The notes below the pieces were generated by a model. That model ran no database searches. It was given only the letters and a program-made list of their open reading frames with translations, and was not told where the DNA came from. A stretch of 64,000 nt of DNA, taken from contig NC_058368.1 of assembly GCF_018350175.1 (NCBI RefSeq), positions 32,180,001-32,244,000 of the forward strand. Direction: 5' to 3'. The position numbers and the translations under genes are program-made. The stretch is from Felis catus (taxonomy: Eukaryota). This document shows positions 51,272 to 64,000 of this stretch, piece after piece; position 1 is the stretch's first letter; every line of letters begins with the position of its first letter.

Positions 51272-53455
51272 TTTGAAGGGAGGAAATGAATTAATGAGGT
51301 AGAAAACTTAAAATTAAAAAATTAAAATTTAAAAAACATTAAAATTAAAAATTAAACACACACACACCACACACACACACACAAATCGTATAGATGATGC
51401 TAGATCCTAGGTGTGTTTCGGTTTGGGTGTTGAAAGTGTTTTGACAGATTAGAGAAAAAAAAACAGGGGGGAGAAAAAAACAAAATTGTTTGATAATTTG
51501 AAAAAATGAATACACTGAAGTAGACTAAAATGAGATGATGGTGGTAAAATAGAATGTTAAAAAATATACACAAAAGTAAAGAATGTAGGAGAAAAAATTA
51601 AAGAAAAATATTTTTAATAAAAATTAAAAATAAATATGAATCTTTTCGTTTTCTGTATTTAAGAAAAGAGAAAAGAAACGAAAAAGAGAAAAAAGAAAAA
51701 AAAAGAAAAAAGACACCATTTGAAAATTTGAAAAAGTGAATACACTGTAGTGGACTAAAATAAAATGATGGTAATAAAATAGAATTTGAAAAAATTGACA
51801 TAAAAGCAAAAGATATAGTAATATGAATTAAATAAAAATATTTTAATAGAAATTGAATGTAAAAATGAAGTTTTTCTTTCTGCATTCAAGAAAACGAAAA
51901 GAAACAAAAAAGAAAAAAGGAAAAGAAAGAAAAAAAGGAAATTGTTTGAAAATTTGAAAAAGTGAGTACACTGAAGTGGACTAAAATAAAATGATGGAAG
52001 TAATGTAGAATTTGAAAATTTTCACACAAAAATTAAAAATATAGTAATAAAAAAGAAAGGTATTTTTAGTAAAAATTGAAAATAAAAATGAATTTTTCTC
52101 TTTCTGTTTTCAAGAAAAAGAAAAGAATTGTAAAAGAGAAAAAGGAAAAAGGAAGAAAATTGAATAGATGAACCTGCTAACAGATTGAAGTAGGACTGAA
52201 ATTGCTTTGTTTTCCCCCAGAAGTCACTCTATATAGCTCTTTATAGTCCATAAATTAAGCCAGTGGCGAGACTTGTCTTCTTGAAGAGTGAAGTTGGCCC
52301 AGTTGGGCGTGGCTCAGTCTAATGGCCCCGTTCTCCACCAGATGGTACTGCTAGCCTACTTGGGTGGATTGTTGTGGTGCTGGTAGGTGTGTATGCGCAT
52401 GTGTGTGAGTGGTGAAAATGGCGCCACCCAGCTACCCAGTCTGTTTTCCCGGATCAGCAATCGCCCACCCGTCCTCTGTCTTCACCTCTCGTCCACTCCC
52501 TGCTTTTTCACTTTGCGTGACCAGGCCCCAGGCAGTACCTCTCTCCCTAGTTTTGTCTCAGATGAGGCTGTTTTCCTCGGCTTCTTACTTCTGAAGGACT
52601 GTGGCTTTGACCCCTTCCATCCCTCTGTGGGAAGGTCTCACCAAGCAATGGCCAAATGAGCAATGCCCGAATATCAGCTGCACCCAGGAATGCCCCCTGG
52701 ACCTTGTTGTTGCTGGTGCCCTGAGACTGTGGCCAGGTGCCAGCCCACCCCAAAAAAATTCTCGAGACAGTGTAGCAGCAGCTTTTCAGGGATTATGGAA
52801 AATCACAACACACATCTGGCACCAGGCTTCACCCTTAACGACCTTGTTCCAACACCAGCAAATGTGGCCATTTTCTGGGATCTGCTGGGACCAGGTGGCT
52901 TCAACAGTCTCAACCAAATGTCCTTCAAGCAGTGGAACCGCTCTTCCCCATGTGGCCCAAGAACCTCCCGGATCCCACTCTGCTCCTGGGGATTCACCCT
53001 TCGCACCAAAGTACTGCCAGGTATCGAGATGCAGAGTTGGAGCCTTTGTGCTCCCCTTGTTTACAGTCTTAATTGAATGTAAACCCTCTTCTTTCTCCTT
53101 TCTCCCTTTTTAGTTTAGTCCCTGTGGCTGTTTCCAATTTTCCAGTTTCTCTCCAGCTGCTTTTGGAGAGGGGTGCTTTTCCCATATTCCCCCCCAACCC
53201 CAGTCTCTGTCCTCTCTCTGCCCGCAAAAGCAGTTCCCTACCTTCTGCAGCTTCTTGCTCCCCAAGTTCAGCTCTCCACACTGTGTACCTGCTGAATTCT
53301 GTGGTTCAGGTTGTGCAGATTGTTGTGTTAATCCTCCAATCAGTTTTCTAGGTGTGTAGGATGGTTTAGTGTGGGTCTGGCTGTATTTCATGGATGCAAG
53401 ACACACAAAAAGCTTCCATGCTGTTCCACCATCTTGGCTCCTCCCTGGAAAGCAC

Positions 53456-53646
53456 TTTTTAAATGTTTATTTATTTTGGGGGAGAAAGAGAGGAAAAAAA
53501 AAGAAACACAAGTTGGGGACAGAGGGAGAGAGAATCCCAAGCAGGCTTCGTTTTCAGCATCCAGCCCAACTCAGGCTCAATTCCACTACCCTGAGTTTAT
53601 GACCTGAGCCGAGATCAAGAGTCAGGTGCTCAACCAACTGAGTCAC
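53456..53646 (-). mobile_element. Can-SINE lacking its first ~12 nt
   Basis: tttttaaatgtttatttattttg...gacctgagccgagatcaagagtc...caaccaactgagtcac. Confidence 0.88.
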
Positions 53647-53652
53647 TTTCCA

Positions 53653-53836
53653 AAAGAAGTTCATTTTCCAAAAGAAAATTTTGGAATGGAGGGACTAAAA
53701 ATAATAAATAATGAGAGCTCATTAGAAGTTCATGAGTTATGAACTCATGAAGTTATGAGAAGCTCATAAAGAAGTTCATTTTCCAAAAGAAAATTTTGGA
53801 ACGGAGAGACTAAAAATAATAAATAATGAGAGCTCA
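53653..53836. repeat. 69-bp direct duplication with a palindromic spacer
   Basis: Units 53653-53721 and 53768-53836 differ at 2 positions. Confidence 0.92.
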
Positions 53837-54433
53837 AATGTTGTACATAATTTAACCTACAATTCTGAAATTATACTTTGGAAAATTCTCTATTTAGGTT
53901 AAGAATTTTTGACAGAGCTACTTTTTCAATTTATATAAGTTTATATTCTGCATCAGATAAAGTAAATTTCTGGAACCTACAATGTGAAAAATACAACTAA
54001 TTTGAAAAGATTTGGTGTGTACAGTATTTTTGGAGGAAGATAATCTGAATAAAGACAAAGCATGGCGGTTAAAAATTATATCTTTCAATATAAAACTTAG
54101 AGTGGAAAAATACCCTGATTTAAACAAAATTTGCTCTGAACAGTCAGCAACTGCAGGTGAAGTAATTCTTTTTTGCAATCAAAAATAGAAAAAAGAAACA
54201 ATTTAAGGTAAAAATAAGTCTAACCAAAATATGCAACACAGTAACTGAACATAATTTTATGGAAAGTTATAAAAAAGGCCATATATAAAATAATATTTTT
54301 AATTAAAATATTAATGATATAGCATGAGAAATAGATGCATCTATGGAGCTAATTAAATACATGACTACTAAATATTTGTGCTATGTAATTATAAGTAGAA
54401 GAATTTTTAAATTTTCTTTCAATATTTGCATGA

Positions 54434-54574
54434 GTTTTTTTTTTTTTAATTTTAGAGAGAGAGAAAGAACACAAACAGGGAAGAGGGGTATAGGGAAAGA
54501 GAGAATCTTACACAGGTTCCATACTGAGCATGGGTAGTTGGACACTCAACCAACTGAGCCATCCAGGAACCACC
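54434..54574 (-). mobile_element. Can-SINE with an internal deletion
   Basis: Tail and head present, middle (B-box region) missing; TSD core atgagttt. Confidence 0.8.
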
Positions 54575-54824
54575 GCATATGAGTTTGTTGTAAAAAATAT
54601 TTTTATAGTTTATGTTTAAGATATTAACAAAAGATATAAACATATTTAGTGATCTGCATTATAATAAAAATATTTCAATAAGTATACAGTCCACGATTAC
54701 ACAATTTTCATGTTTTCTACCTTCTATTTTTATTTTCAAACTTGTTCCAGTTTGGATTCACATGGTATACTGAAGTATGGTACAGATTTCATGGAGTACA
54801 TGGCAAGTTAGCTCTTCTTTTAGA

Positions 54825-55221
54825 TGTATTAGTTTGCTAGGCCTGCCATAACAAAACAACAGAGACTGAGTTGCTTAACCGACAGAAATACATTTTCTCT
54901 CACTTCTGGAAGCCAGAAGTCCAAGATCAGGTTGCAGCAGGGTTTGTTTCTCTAAAGTCTCTCTCCCTGGTTTGCAGATGGCTGCTTACTTGCTACCTTT
55001 TCACATGGTTATTCCTCTGTGCACATGTACCCCTGGTGTCTCCCTGTGTGTCCAAATTCCCTCTTTTCAAATGGAACACCCGTCAGATTGGTGGCCCATT
55101 CTAACAGCCTCGTTTTAATCTCATCAATTCTTTAGGGGCCCCATTTCCAAACAAAGTTACATTCTGAGCCACTCAGGACTTAACATATGAATTTTGAGAG
55201 AACAGAATTCAGCCCATAACA
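54825..55221 (-). mobile_element. MLT1A/B-like solo LTR
   Basis: tgtattagtttgctagg.ctgccataacaaa...aattcagcccataaca; TSD ttaga/gtaga. Confidence 0.88.
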
Positions 55222-56066
55222 GTAGAATAGATAGGGTTTTACCTACTGTATGGGTTGTGGAGAGACAGCAGTAGAAGGATTTGAACTGAGGGAGCAGAGG
55301 TACAGAAAGAACAATGGTTAGACTGGGAACGCTGAGTTGTCCATTGCAATATTTCTAAAGAAAAAGGATCACTGCAGTCACTGGAAACTTATGTTACAGT
55401 TCTAGATTATAGAAGGCTAGGAATGTTTTGCTGAAGAACGTAGAATATTTATGTATACAAATAAGAGCCAATTATGGTTTCTGCACAGGAAAGAAGAATG
55501 TTCAAATTTATGAATTAGGAAGAAGCTTTGACCTTCAGAGAATGAGAAAATTGGAAGGAGATAGAGAGATTTGTGGTAAAAGTTAAGGAAGTATTGACAT
55601 AAATTAGACAAGAGTTAATTAAGGCCTCAAGTGGAAAAATAGTCTAATGAACAGAAAGAAGAACAATGAGAGACATTTTGAAAAACTGATGTAACTTGTT
55701 GAATTTGGATATAACAGGAAAAATCAAACCTAAATCTGAGACTTTACAACTTGTTAAATTGGAGCACATGATGACTTTAATGAATAAGGGATTCAGAAAC
55801 AGTTGGGAAACATGCTTGATTCAATTTTTGGTATATTGAATTTGAGCTTTTGATTGGACACCTGAAGAAAGAATTGTATATATGAATTCATTAATATAAA
55901 CAAAACTAATGGAAACAGAAACAGGAAAAAATATATACATCAATGCATGGAAAATAGTCGTGTCCTATGAAGATGGTAGATGGTTGAGGAGTAGAAGGTA
56001 ATAAAAGGAGAGCTTCAATTTTCAATCTGTGTTTTATATTGTTAAATTTTCAAAACAGACATGCAT

Positions 56067-56297
56067 CTGTTTTTATTTTTTTTAATGTTTATTTAACTTT
56101 GAAAGAGATAGAGAGACAGAGCGTGAGTGGGAGAGGGGCAGAGAGAGAGAGAGGGAGAAGGAGACAGAATCTGAAGCAGGCTCCAGGCCTTGAGCTGTGA
56201 GTGCAGAGCCTGACACGGGGCTTGAACTCACAAACCTGGAGATCATGACCTGAGCTGAAGTAGGATGCTCAACCGACTGAGCCACCCAGAGACCCCT
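56067..56297 (-). mobile_element. Felid SINEC
   Basis: SINEC reverse complement; perfect 15-bp TSD aaaacagacatgcat. Confidence 0.95.
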
Positions 56298-59269
56298 AAA
56301 ACAGACATGCATTTAATAATTACATATTCTATATACTGGTGTTCTACATTAGATTTTATTAAGAAACACACAGAAAAAAGGCTCAAACTGATAAAATGCT
56401 TGGAAATACTGATGTAGAGCAAGAAGAAAGCGTTTTTGTGAACAGAATCTTTAGAAATCCTCCACTTGAATTTGACTAAAGAAATTTGATCCACCATGGA
56501 AATGGAGAAAACCTGAGCAGAGGTCACTGCAAGGTCAGGAACATCCAAGGTCATAGAATCCAGTGTAGAAAAGAATTTCAAGGGGACAGTATGTGAGCCA
56601 AGTGGATATAGGGAAAGCAAGTAATACTATTGTTGTGATAACTTTAATTTTCATATACTTAAATGAGTCAACCTTAATATTTCATTAACAGGGATCGATT
56701 TTTCTTCCTACAACTTTGAAAGAGAAGAAATTCTCAATGTTATTTCTATTTGAAACATTATATAAATGATACATAAGACTTCACTTGTATAAATTTTGTT
56801 GATGCTAAGGGACGTTACACTGTGTTCTTGGAAGTATTCCACACGTGTATGATGAAATTATTGATTCCCTTGAACTTATGACTAATCCTTATGGTCATCA
56901 ACAAATACCGGTGTCTTAACTGGTGATTGTAGATAACTCTTAAACATGCTGATTGTAGATAACATAGTGGATCATGGCAATGCCGATTAATGGTGCTTTC
57001 CACATACTTTTAACCACAAATATTTTTCCTAAAATATCAAGATAGAAAATTTACTTATTTTGTGAAAATACTAAAACCATAGTAGGTTATTTATAATCCA
57101 CTGATTTCCAGCTGGTTTCATAATCTCTTGAGCAAGACCCTTGGTTTTGTCTCCCTTTTATGCTCATGAGGGTGGAATAGGAATGATGGACTGTCCAGAG
57201 CATTTGCTCTTACTGATATTACTCTCAATGGCCCACATCTACATGCATATTGCACTTCAGTATGCATAGAAACACTGGGAGGATAATAATCAGCAAAGGA
57301 AAAAGAATAACAGCAGGAAAGTCTTACTTAATGTGCTATTTTACTGCCACTTGGATATAAATTTGCCCACACAGAGTTTAGCTTCAAATTTTAATGTCCT
57401 TTATTCACATTCAAAGTCAGCAGCAATGAATTTTTCTTTTTCAGTCCTGAGGCTTGCAGTGAAGGTTAAAGAACTATCATTAATAGGAAATAGAGTTGAA
57501 TGTTTATTAATGCTGGACTTTGAAATAACCACTGATAACATAGTACGCAGCAGGTCTCAAGCAAACTCTGCTAACTCACAGTTCCCATTTACACTCTTAC
57601 CTGGATCATGGGAATATCAGAAAAAAAGTATTTGGAACCTTTTGGCAAGTCAGCAGGTAGAAAAACAAATATTATAAAACTGTCAGCTTTACCAATGCCT
57701 TTTTGGTATGCATTATGAAAACAATTCTATCACTGCACTTGTGGAAAATTTTGAAGTTTATTGGGAAAAACAAGCCTAGGTAATTCCTATGGAGTTTGAT
57801 TCACTCTTCTGGAAGAACAGAGTGCTGTATAGACCAGACATGGTCTGCCTATCTCCGTGGTCGGTCATTCATGATGTGACAATAGTTGCTGGTTTATTGA
57901 GCACCTGATGGAGACAAAGCACATGAGGCTTTTTTTAGAGCTTTTAGTTGAAACATATTTGTACAAGTAAGCAGCAAATGCAGTGTAATTCTACTGATTA
58001 CACTAATGACACAGTTTATGATGAGTTCTAATTTCTTCTAAGAGGTCACTCACTGGGAAAGCTATGAGGTAGTTAAAATTATCCATCAATCCACACTTAA
58101 TAGTGGATTTATTTTTTTCATTCAACATATGCACAAAGCACTGATATGCTGTTGATGAATGAGAGTGATGATAATGGTAATGGCTACTTGCTTTTTGTTC
58201 TGCCTGCCATTCACCTATCTTAAGTACCAAGAATGCAATAAATGATAGGCATTGTTGAAACTTCTTATGAAGAAAATGAGGTCTTCTCACTGGGAAAACA
58301 CTTTTCATCTGCAGCTTACCCAGAGTGTAAATTGATTGCCTTTATTCTTTCCTGGTTTGTTTGTTTGTTGTTTGTTTCTTTCTTTGTTTTGGTCCATCTT
58401 TAGATATGTGTGCATACAAGTATACATACATCATGAGAAATTATCCTATGGCCTACATTTTCTACCAGTGTATACAATGTTAGACCCTAGGTCTTCCAAA
58501 TTTTCTAGTCTTTTTACCAAACAGCTTTTGGGCAAGTGGCTCATATCTGTGCTTTCTGGAACTTTCTTCTAGATGTAAGTTCAGTGTCTTGTCACTAACC
58601 ATGGGAAAATACATGGGAAATTATAGAAATAAATGAGTAAAGAATGAAGTTTCTGTATGCCTTTAAACCTTGAGTATGCATTATTTTCATCTGTGCTTTA
58701 ACATCACTGTCTCAAACCTTTAGCCAAAGACTCTGTCCAATTATGCAGAATGGAGACTTTTGCCAGAGAACCAAATAAACCATGATAATTTATATTGACA
58801 TCTTACAAAAATATTTCACTCAAACCATTCCATACAGAGTTTAATCTTATCAGTTTTATTTCTGCTCAATGCCCAAAACCAACTTGTAGTAAATTACTAT
58901 TAAAAATATACACAGCACACATACCTATGAGATTTTACCTACATTGGAATATATAAACATTTGATTTGCTCTTCTTTTGTAAGGTAGCCAGCAATCACTA
59001 GGTAAAATGAAATTTTATTGTGTGTAATTTGAGAATGTATATATTCCCTTGTGCCTTAATGGTTAGCATTAAAAATGTGTCATTAATATAATTGTTGACA
59101 GAAAATTAACTCATACTTCAATATATTATGGAAAATTGGTGCTGTAATTAAAGCTACTCTTTGTTTTTTAATTATTACACAACTTGATATTCCTATAATA
59201 AGTTCTTCCTCATGCGTCCTGGATTTCCTCAGTCCGTTGGAATTTTCTGAGTTAACTCATGTTGCTAGA

Positions 59270-62218
59270 TGCTGAAGATTGTATTCTCCAGATATGACCA
59301 CCCCAATATATATCCAATCCAATATACCCCTCTTCCATTATGGTGTCTACCTATTTCTACCAAAAGGTGATGCTGTTCTCTTCACCCTGCCTGAAACTGG
59401 GCACAGTAATCACCTCACTCGGTAGAATGTGATAGAAGCAATCCTGTATGACTTCTAAAGCTAAACGTTATAAAAGGTAATGTGGCTCTGCTAGTCTCTG
59501 TCTCTCTTAATGTGCACTTGCTACAGACCCAACCATTGTCTTGCAGGAAACATAAGTCATATGGAGGGTTCATAAGTGTCTACTCCCATGAATAACTCTA
59601 GCAAGTCACTCAACTGACATTTGCCTCAGCTACTGAGTATCTAAGCGATATGCTTTCAGATAATTCTAGGCCTCAGGTTTCAAGTCTCCTAAATGAGATA
59701 TTAGGATTGTGGGGCAGAAAAAAAGAAATGTTTGTTGTGTACTGCCTGAAATCCTAGTCTATAGAAAATGTTAGATAATTGCTGTTAAACCAATAAGGTT
59801 AGGGTTAATGTATTATAGTGATAAATAGCTAGTATAGATTAATTCTTATTGCTACAAAGCTAAAAGTGTAGCTCTTCCACCAAGAAACAAAAAATCTAAA
59901 ATTTGGATCAGTGACTTTCAGACCAAGTAACAGAAGTTGAAATGAAATTGAAGAGAATGTTAGTAGAAATCTGATGACCTTTGAAGATGCTAGAAGTATT
60001 ATTATGACATGATAGAAGGTTAAAAGAAAAAAAAAGACAACAATAACCAAATTATGGAGAGGACCCAAATGGGCCTTGACTGATGGATAAAGAAGAGGTG
60101 GTATACATTAACAATGGACTATTACTAAGCCATCAAAAAGAAATAAATCTTGCCATTTGCAACAATGTGGATGGAGCTATAGTGTATAATGCTAAGTGAA
60201 ATAAGTCAATCAGAGAAAGACAAATACCATATGACTTCACTCTATATCAAATTTAAGAAATGAAACAGATGAACATATGAGAAGGGAGGGAGGGAAAAAG
60301 GAAGGGAGGGAAACAAACTACAAAGAACTCTTAAGGATAGAGAACAAACTAAGGGTTGCTGGAGGGAGGTGGGTAGGTGGGTGATGGGTACTAAGTAGGG
60401 CTGTAGTTGTGATGAGCACTGGATGTTGTATGTAAATGATGAATCACTGAATTCTATTCCTGAAACCAGTATTGCCCTGTATGTTAACTAAGTAACATTC
60501 AAATTTTAAAAATGCACTGACTTATTCAGAAAAAAGAAAAAAAATAATCTACAATAACAAAAAAAGAAGAAAATGTACCTAGTGAAGTAGATGATACAAT
60601 TAAGGAGATTTCTGTTGAATATATTGGCTGTCTTCTTCTAAATGTATTTAGTGAGACATGAATCAGAGAGAGAGGTTAAAGAATGAGTGAATACACACAA
60701 AGAAGCTATGACTTTCTGTGTCTGAAAATAAATTTTCTGACTCCCAGGCTTTACAAATGATGAATGATGCTAAAATTATGAAATGGCATCTGAGCTAAAC
60801 TTACATCAAAGGCATAGTTGAAAAACATAATCTAGAGATGAGCCTGATGTTGTGACTATAAAAGTCTTAGTGAAGATCTCAGAAAGTTTTAAATTGTTGT
60901 CCCAAACAAAAAACAAGTGCCTTTAAGAATTTTAATGCTGTTATTTTACAGCAACTTTGTGAGAAATCCAAGGTCCAGCAGAATATATTTCACCAGAATT
61001 TGTATATGTGGCTTTTTCTAACAGAAAAAAAAATCTCTATGAGTTCCATAGAAAACCCACAAAATTTTTAAAAGAATTCTATTGACAGATGTACAACCAG
61101 ATCAGAATCAAATGATAGTGAAAGTACAAAATACAAATAGGACTTCGGAGTCCAAATTACAAACAGAAAAAAGCTGAGAAAAATATTCATTGGCCATTTC
61201 TTACAGGAGTGGAATAATGACTTGTAAGGTAACCAAGAAACCAGAGTGTGTATCAAGCAGCTGTGGAAAATCATTCCCAAGAAATAGAACTGAATCCTAA
61301 ACAAGTAATCAGCAAGCGTCATGCACTGTGAATTTCATATCTTCTATGAACCAGTGACATCAGCATGCCTTCAGTTTTCTCCCTCATTTAACAGGGGTAT
61401 CTGTGGCAATTATGCCATGTCTGTATAACCACTGCATATTGGATGTGGGAGTGTATTCATTTTTCTCTTAGTTTCATGGGTCTTTAGAATGCAGGGAACT
61501 GTACTTGAAGAGCTGTACCCCAGGACCTGCAACAAAGAAGATTCATATGCATCTAACCTTATTTACATGATAAGATACTGGACTTTCAGCTGATATAATG
61601 GGATAAAACTTTGAGGAGTTGTGGGAGGGAACGAATTGGAATTATTAATATTTTTTGTGGCCCCAAAGCAAAACCACAGTAACATGATATATCCCACCCT
61701 ACATAATCTTATAGTGGGATGTTGACGGACCTGTGTGAAGAGGTGAAGGATTTTTGTTCCTTCCCACTGATGCCGGACAGATCTATGCAACAGCCTAAGG
61801 AATAGAATGTGGTGGAAGTGATGCCATTTGACATCTAAAGCTTAAACAAAACAAGGAATTCCTGAGTTTTCACCCTGCTTTCTCTCTCACCTGGGTCACT
61901 TATCATTGGAATCTAGCCAACATCTAAGGAAGCCCAGGCTATGAAGAGAGGCATGTGTAACCAACCGTTCCTGGCCAAATGTTCATCTAAGCTTCCAGCC
62001 TGGAGCCAACACAAACAACCAGATGTATGAGAGAATGAGCCTTCATTTCCTTCTGACCACGATATTCTGAGTCTTCCATCTGAGACCTTATGTTTTGAGA
62101 ATATCTCTGCTCCTGTCAACTTGAAACTTTGACAGGATAAGTGATAAATATTTAGCATTTTTTTAGACCAATAGTTTTAGGGAGGATTGTTACAGTAACA
62201 CATGACTAATTTGATGCA
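59270..62218 (+). mobile_element. MaLR (MLT1H-like) provirus: 5' LTR ~59270-59836, internal region, 3' LTR ~61675-62218
   Basis: Two homologous LTRs (tagaatgtgatagaag..gacttctaaagct vs tagaatgtggtggaagtg..gacatctaaagct); MLT-int motifs (aaaatgtacctagtgaa, aggagatttc, gactttcagctgatataatgggat). Confidence 0.7.
60037..60530 (+). mobile_element. 5'-truncated carnivore L1 3' end inserted in the MaLR internal region
   Basis: aaatcttgccatttgcaacaatgtggatggagcta...gagaaagacaaataccatatg...gatgaatcactgaattctattcctgaaacc. Confidence 0.92.
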
Positions 62219-62475
62219 GCACATTGGATCACCAAGAATCTGTATTGTATAACTTGAGGTACTGAATGTCCAGGTATCAAGTGATTTGCTTTTATACATT
62301 TTTAGATATTGCTAAATCAAAATGCCTAGATTATATTTCAAAATAATTATTTTATAAGGAATAGTTGATTTTCTAACAAAATATACAACTGAAATATATG
62401 AGGATATGTTTGCTTCACAAAAAAAGGCTTTAAATTACTACATAGGTACTGCTTTAGGTGCTTTTTAAGACTTAA

Positions 62476-62478
<3 letters not shown>

Positions 62479-62512
<34 letters not shown>
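62479..62512. repeat. (TG)n microsatellite
   Basis: Directly visible. Confidence 0.97.
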
Positions 62513-62515
<3 letters not shown>

Positions 62516-62616
62516 ACAAGTACAGCTTATGTTTAAGTTCAGGATGGCAAGTTTACCTCAAAAACATATGATGGTATATAACTTGTAAAGAAGGAGCTTT
62601 TCAAAAATAGGATATA

Positions 62617-62698
62617 GAGAGGAAGAAAGAAGGAAGGAAGGAAGGAAATGAGGGAGGGAGGGAGGAAGGAAGGAGGGAGGGAGAGAAGGAAGGATGGA
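62617..62698. repeat. (GGAA/GGGA)n purine tract
   Basis: Directly visible. Confidence 0.9.
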
Positions 62699-63684
62699 GA
62701 CTGATTTAAAATTGTCTACCCAAAATATTTCCAGTTGACATGGATGTAGGTTCTTATAAATTTGTATTTTGTAGTGTGTTACATACTTTTGTATCAATGT
62801 TCCATTACATTAAGGATCAATTACAAATCTATTACAATAAAATGACTTAGTCATTTTCCATCCAAAAATATTGACAACTATTTTCTGGTACTACACTGGT
62901 GTTTCAAATCATTAGTAAAAAAAGAACATGCAGTAATTTGTTAACAAAAATTGCTTTTAGATAAGGAATATACCATATTTTTATGCATATACATCTGTTT
63001 TTCTCAAGAGGCAAATATTGGCAACCGTTTTCAAGTACCACACTGGTGGCAAGAAGCAACACATAATAACTAAAAACAAAAACGTTTTCTTATTGGAAAC
63101 TACTTCCAGTGACTTTTGGAAGTTTTATTGGATAAAATAAAAGAATAGAAACTAGAGATGTCTTACATATTTTATATGTAAATGTATGCATTCCATTGAT
63201 TTGCTTGCTCATTTATTTTACTTGATTGCTGGGTGCTGTGTATTGTAACATAAACCATCAATTAACTCAGTAATTATGTTCTTTAATTATGTAGTAACCA
63301 AGTGAAACAATATCAAAAACTATATGAGAGTGTGTGTATATGTGTGTATATACATATACATGTAATACATATATACATATATGTACATTTCATATATACA
63401 TATACACACACAAGTCTGCTAATTGGTGTTTTACATCTCTCCTCCGTTTATTTTCCTTTAGAAATTTCATTAAACATTCTATATTCTTATACACATTCAA
63501 TATTTTATTACCTTAGTGGGTGCTTTTTAAATAGTGATTGAAATATTGAGATAATTTAGAGAGTCAGCATTTTCCCTAGTAGAAGACAGTAAATTTCTAC
63601 TCTGGCAACACCACACCTCAATATATTAGTGTCATTTATTATAATGCATACTTAAGTTTAGTTTGATTATAAAACAATGAGAAT

Positions 63685-63935
63685 CACAGTTTTAGACTAG
63701 AGAGACAACGAACTTTCAAGCCAGAAAACCCTAGGCTTCAAATGCCTCCTTTCTATTTATTATCAGTGAGGCTTTAGAATAATTACATAATGTTTTCAAG
63801 CCTCAGTTTTTTTCATCTGCGTAACAGAAAAATAGCAAAATAATGCCAGATTTCTAAATTTCTGAGAATTAAGTGAATGCATATAAAATGTATGTCTCAT
63901 AGTATACATGCAATCATTTATGGCTATTTCTATGA
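63685..63935 (+). mobile_element. MIR
   Basis: aagcctcagtttttttcatctgcgtaa...tgagaattaagtgaa. Confidence 0.7.
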
Positions 63936-64000
63936 TTGGTTAAGAGCCCATCAGCTCTGTGGGAAGGGTGATGCTGAGAGATGGAGAAACTGAGGATTCT

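Larger units (their letters stand above)
46191..53444 (-). mobile_element. Full-length, inactivated felid L1 (about 7.25 kb)
   Basis: 5' end GGAGGAGCCAAGATGG, GC-richer 5'UTR, ORF1, ORF2, 3'UTR, polyA; TSD ctggagagcattttt / ctggaaagcactttt. Confidence 0.97.

Noticed and set aside
52387..53406. Cluster of 60-170 aa ORFs (possible ORF0-like antisense ORF)
   Set aside because: Overlapping ORFs in many frames of a GC-richer L1 5'UTR with no recognisable motif; expected by chance
46191..53444. Retrotransposition-competent L1
   Set aside because: ORF1 and ORF2 are fragmented; RT motif reads FPDD; TSDs have diverged
51480..53836. CRISPR-like repeat-spacer array
   Set aside because: Mammalian DNA; the repeats are L1 UTR units and a two-copy duplication; no cas genes
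57333..58308. 114-aa and 101-aa ORFs in non-repeat DNA
   Set aside because: No recognisable domain or convincing splice-site pair; conserved non-coding function cannot be judged without alignments
1..64000. TE strand bias implying an intron of a plus-strand gene
   Set aside because: Minus-strand LTRs and L1s predominate, but several plus-strand ones exist; too few elements to conclude

Overview
AT-rich, repeat-dense mammalian DNA, almost certainly from a felid (Can-SINE/SINEC_Fc elements and carnivore L1s). I found no credible host protein-coding exon; the ORF track is explained by L1/ERV fragments, antisense frames or chance. Main contents: (1) a 5'-truncated, decayed class I endogenous retrovirus on the minus strand (about 24482-26958) with an integrase C-terminus, a small hydrophobic ORF/leader, a syncytin-1/HERV-W-like env carrying SDGGGVQD and CWIC motifs, a PPT and a 300-bp 3' LTR, inserted into a SINE; (2) a full-length but dead 7.25-kb L1 (46191-53444); (3) several truncated L1s and at least 13 Can-SINEs, many with TSDs; (4) a two-LTR MaLR provirus and many solo LTRs, MIR, L2 and MER elements; (5) an unexplained insert of about 900 bp with a 3'UTR-like character inside an old L1. 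Repeat subfamily names come from remembered consensus sequences, not from a search, and the boundaries of old repeats are approximate.
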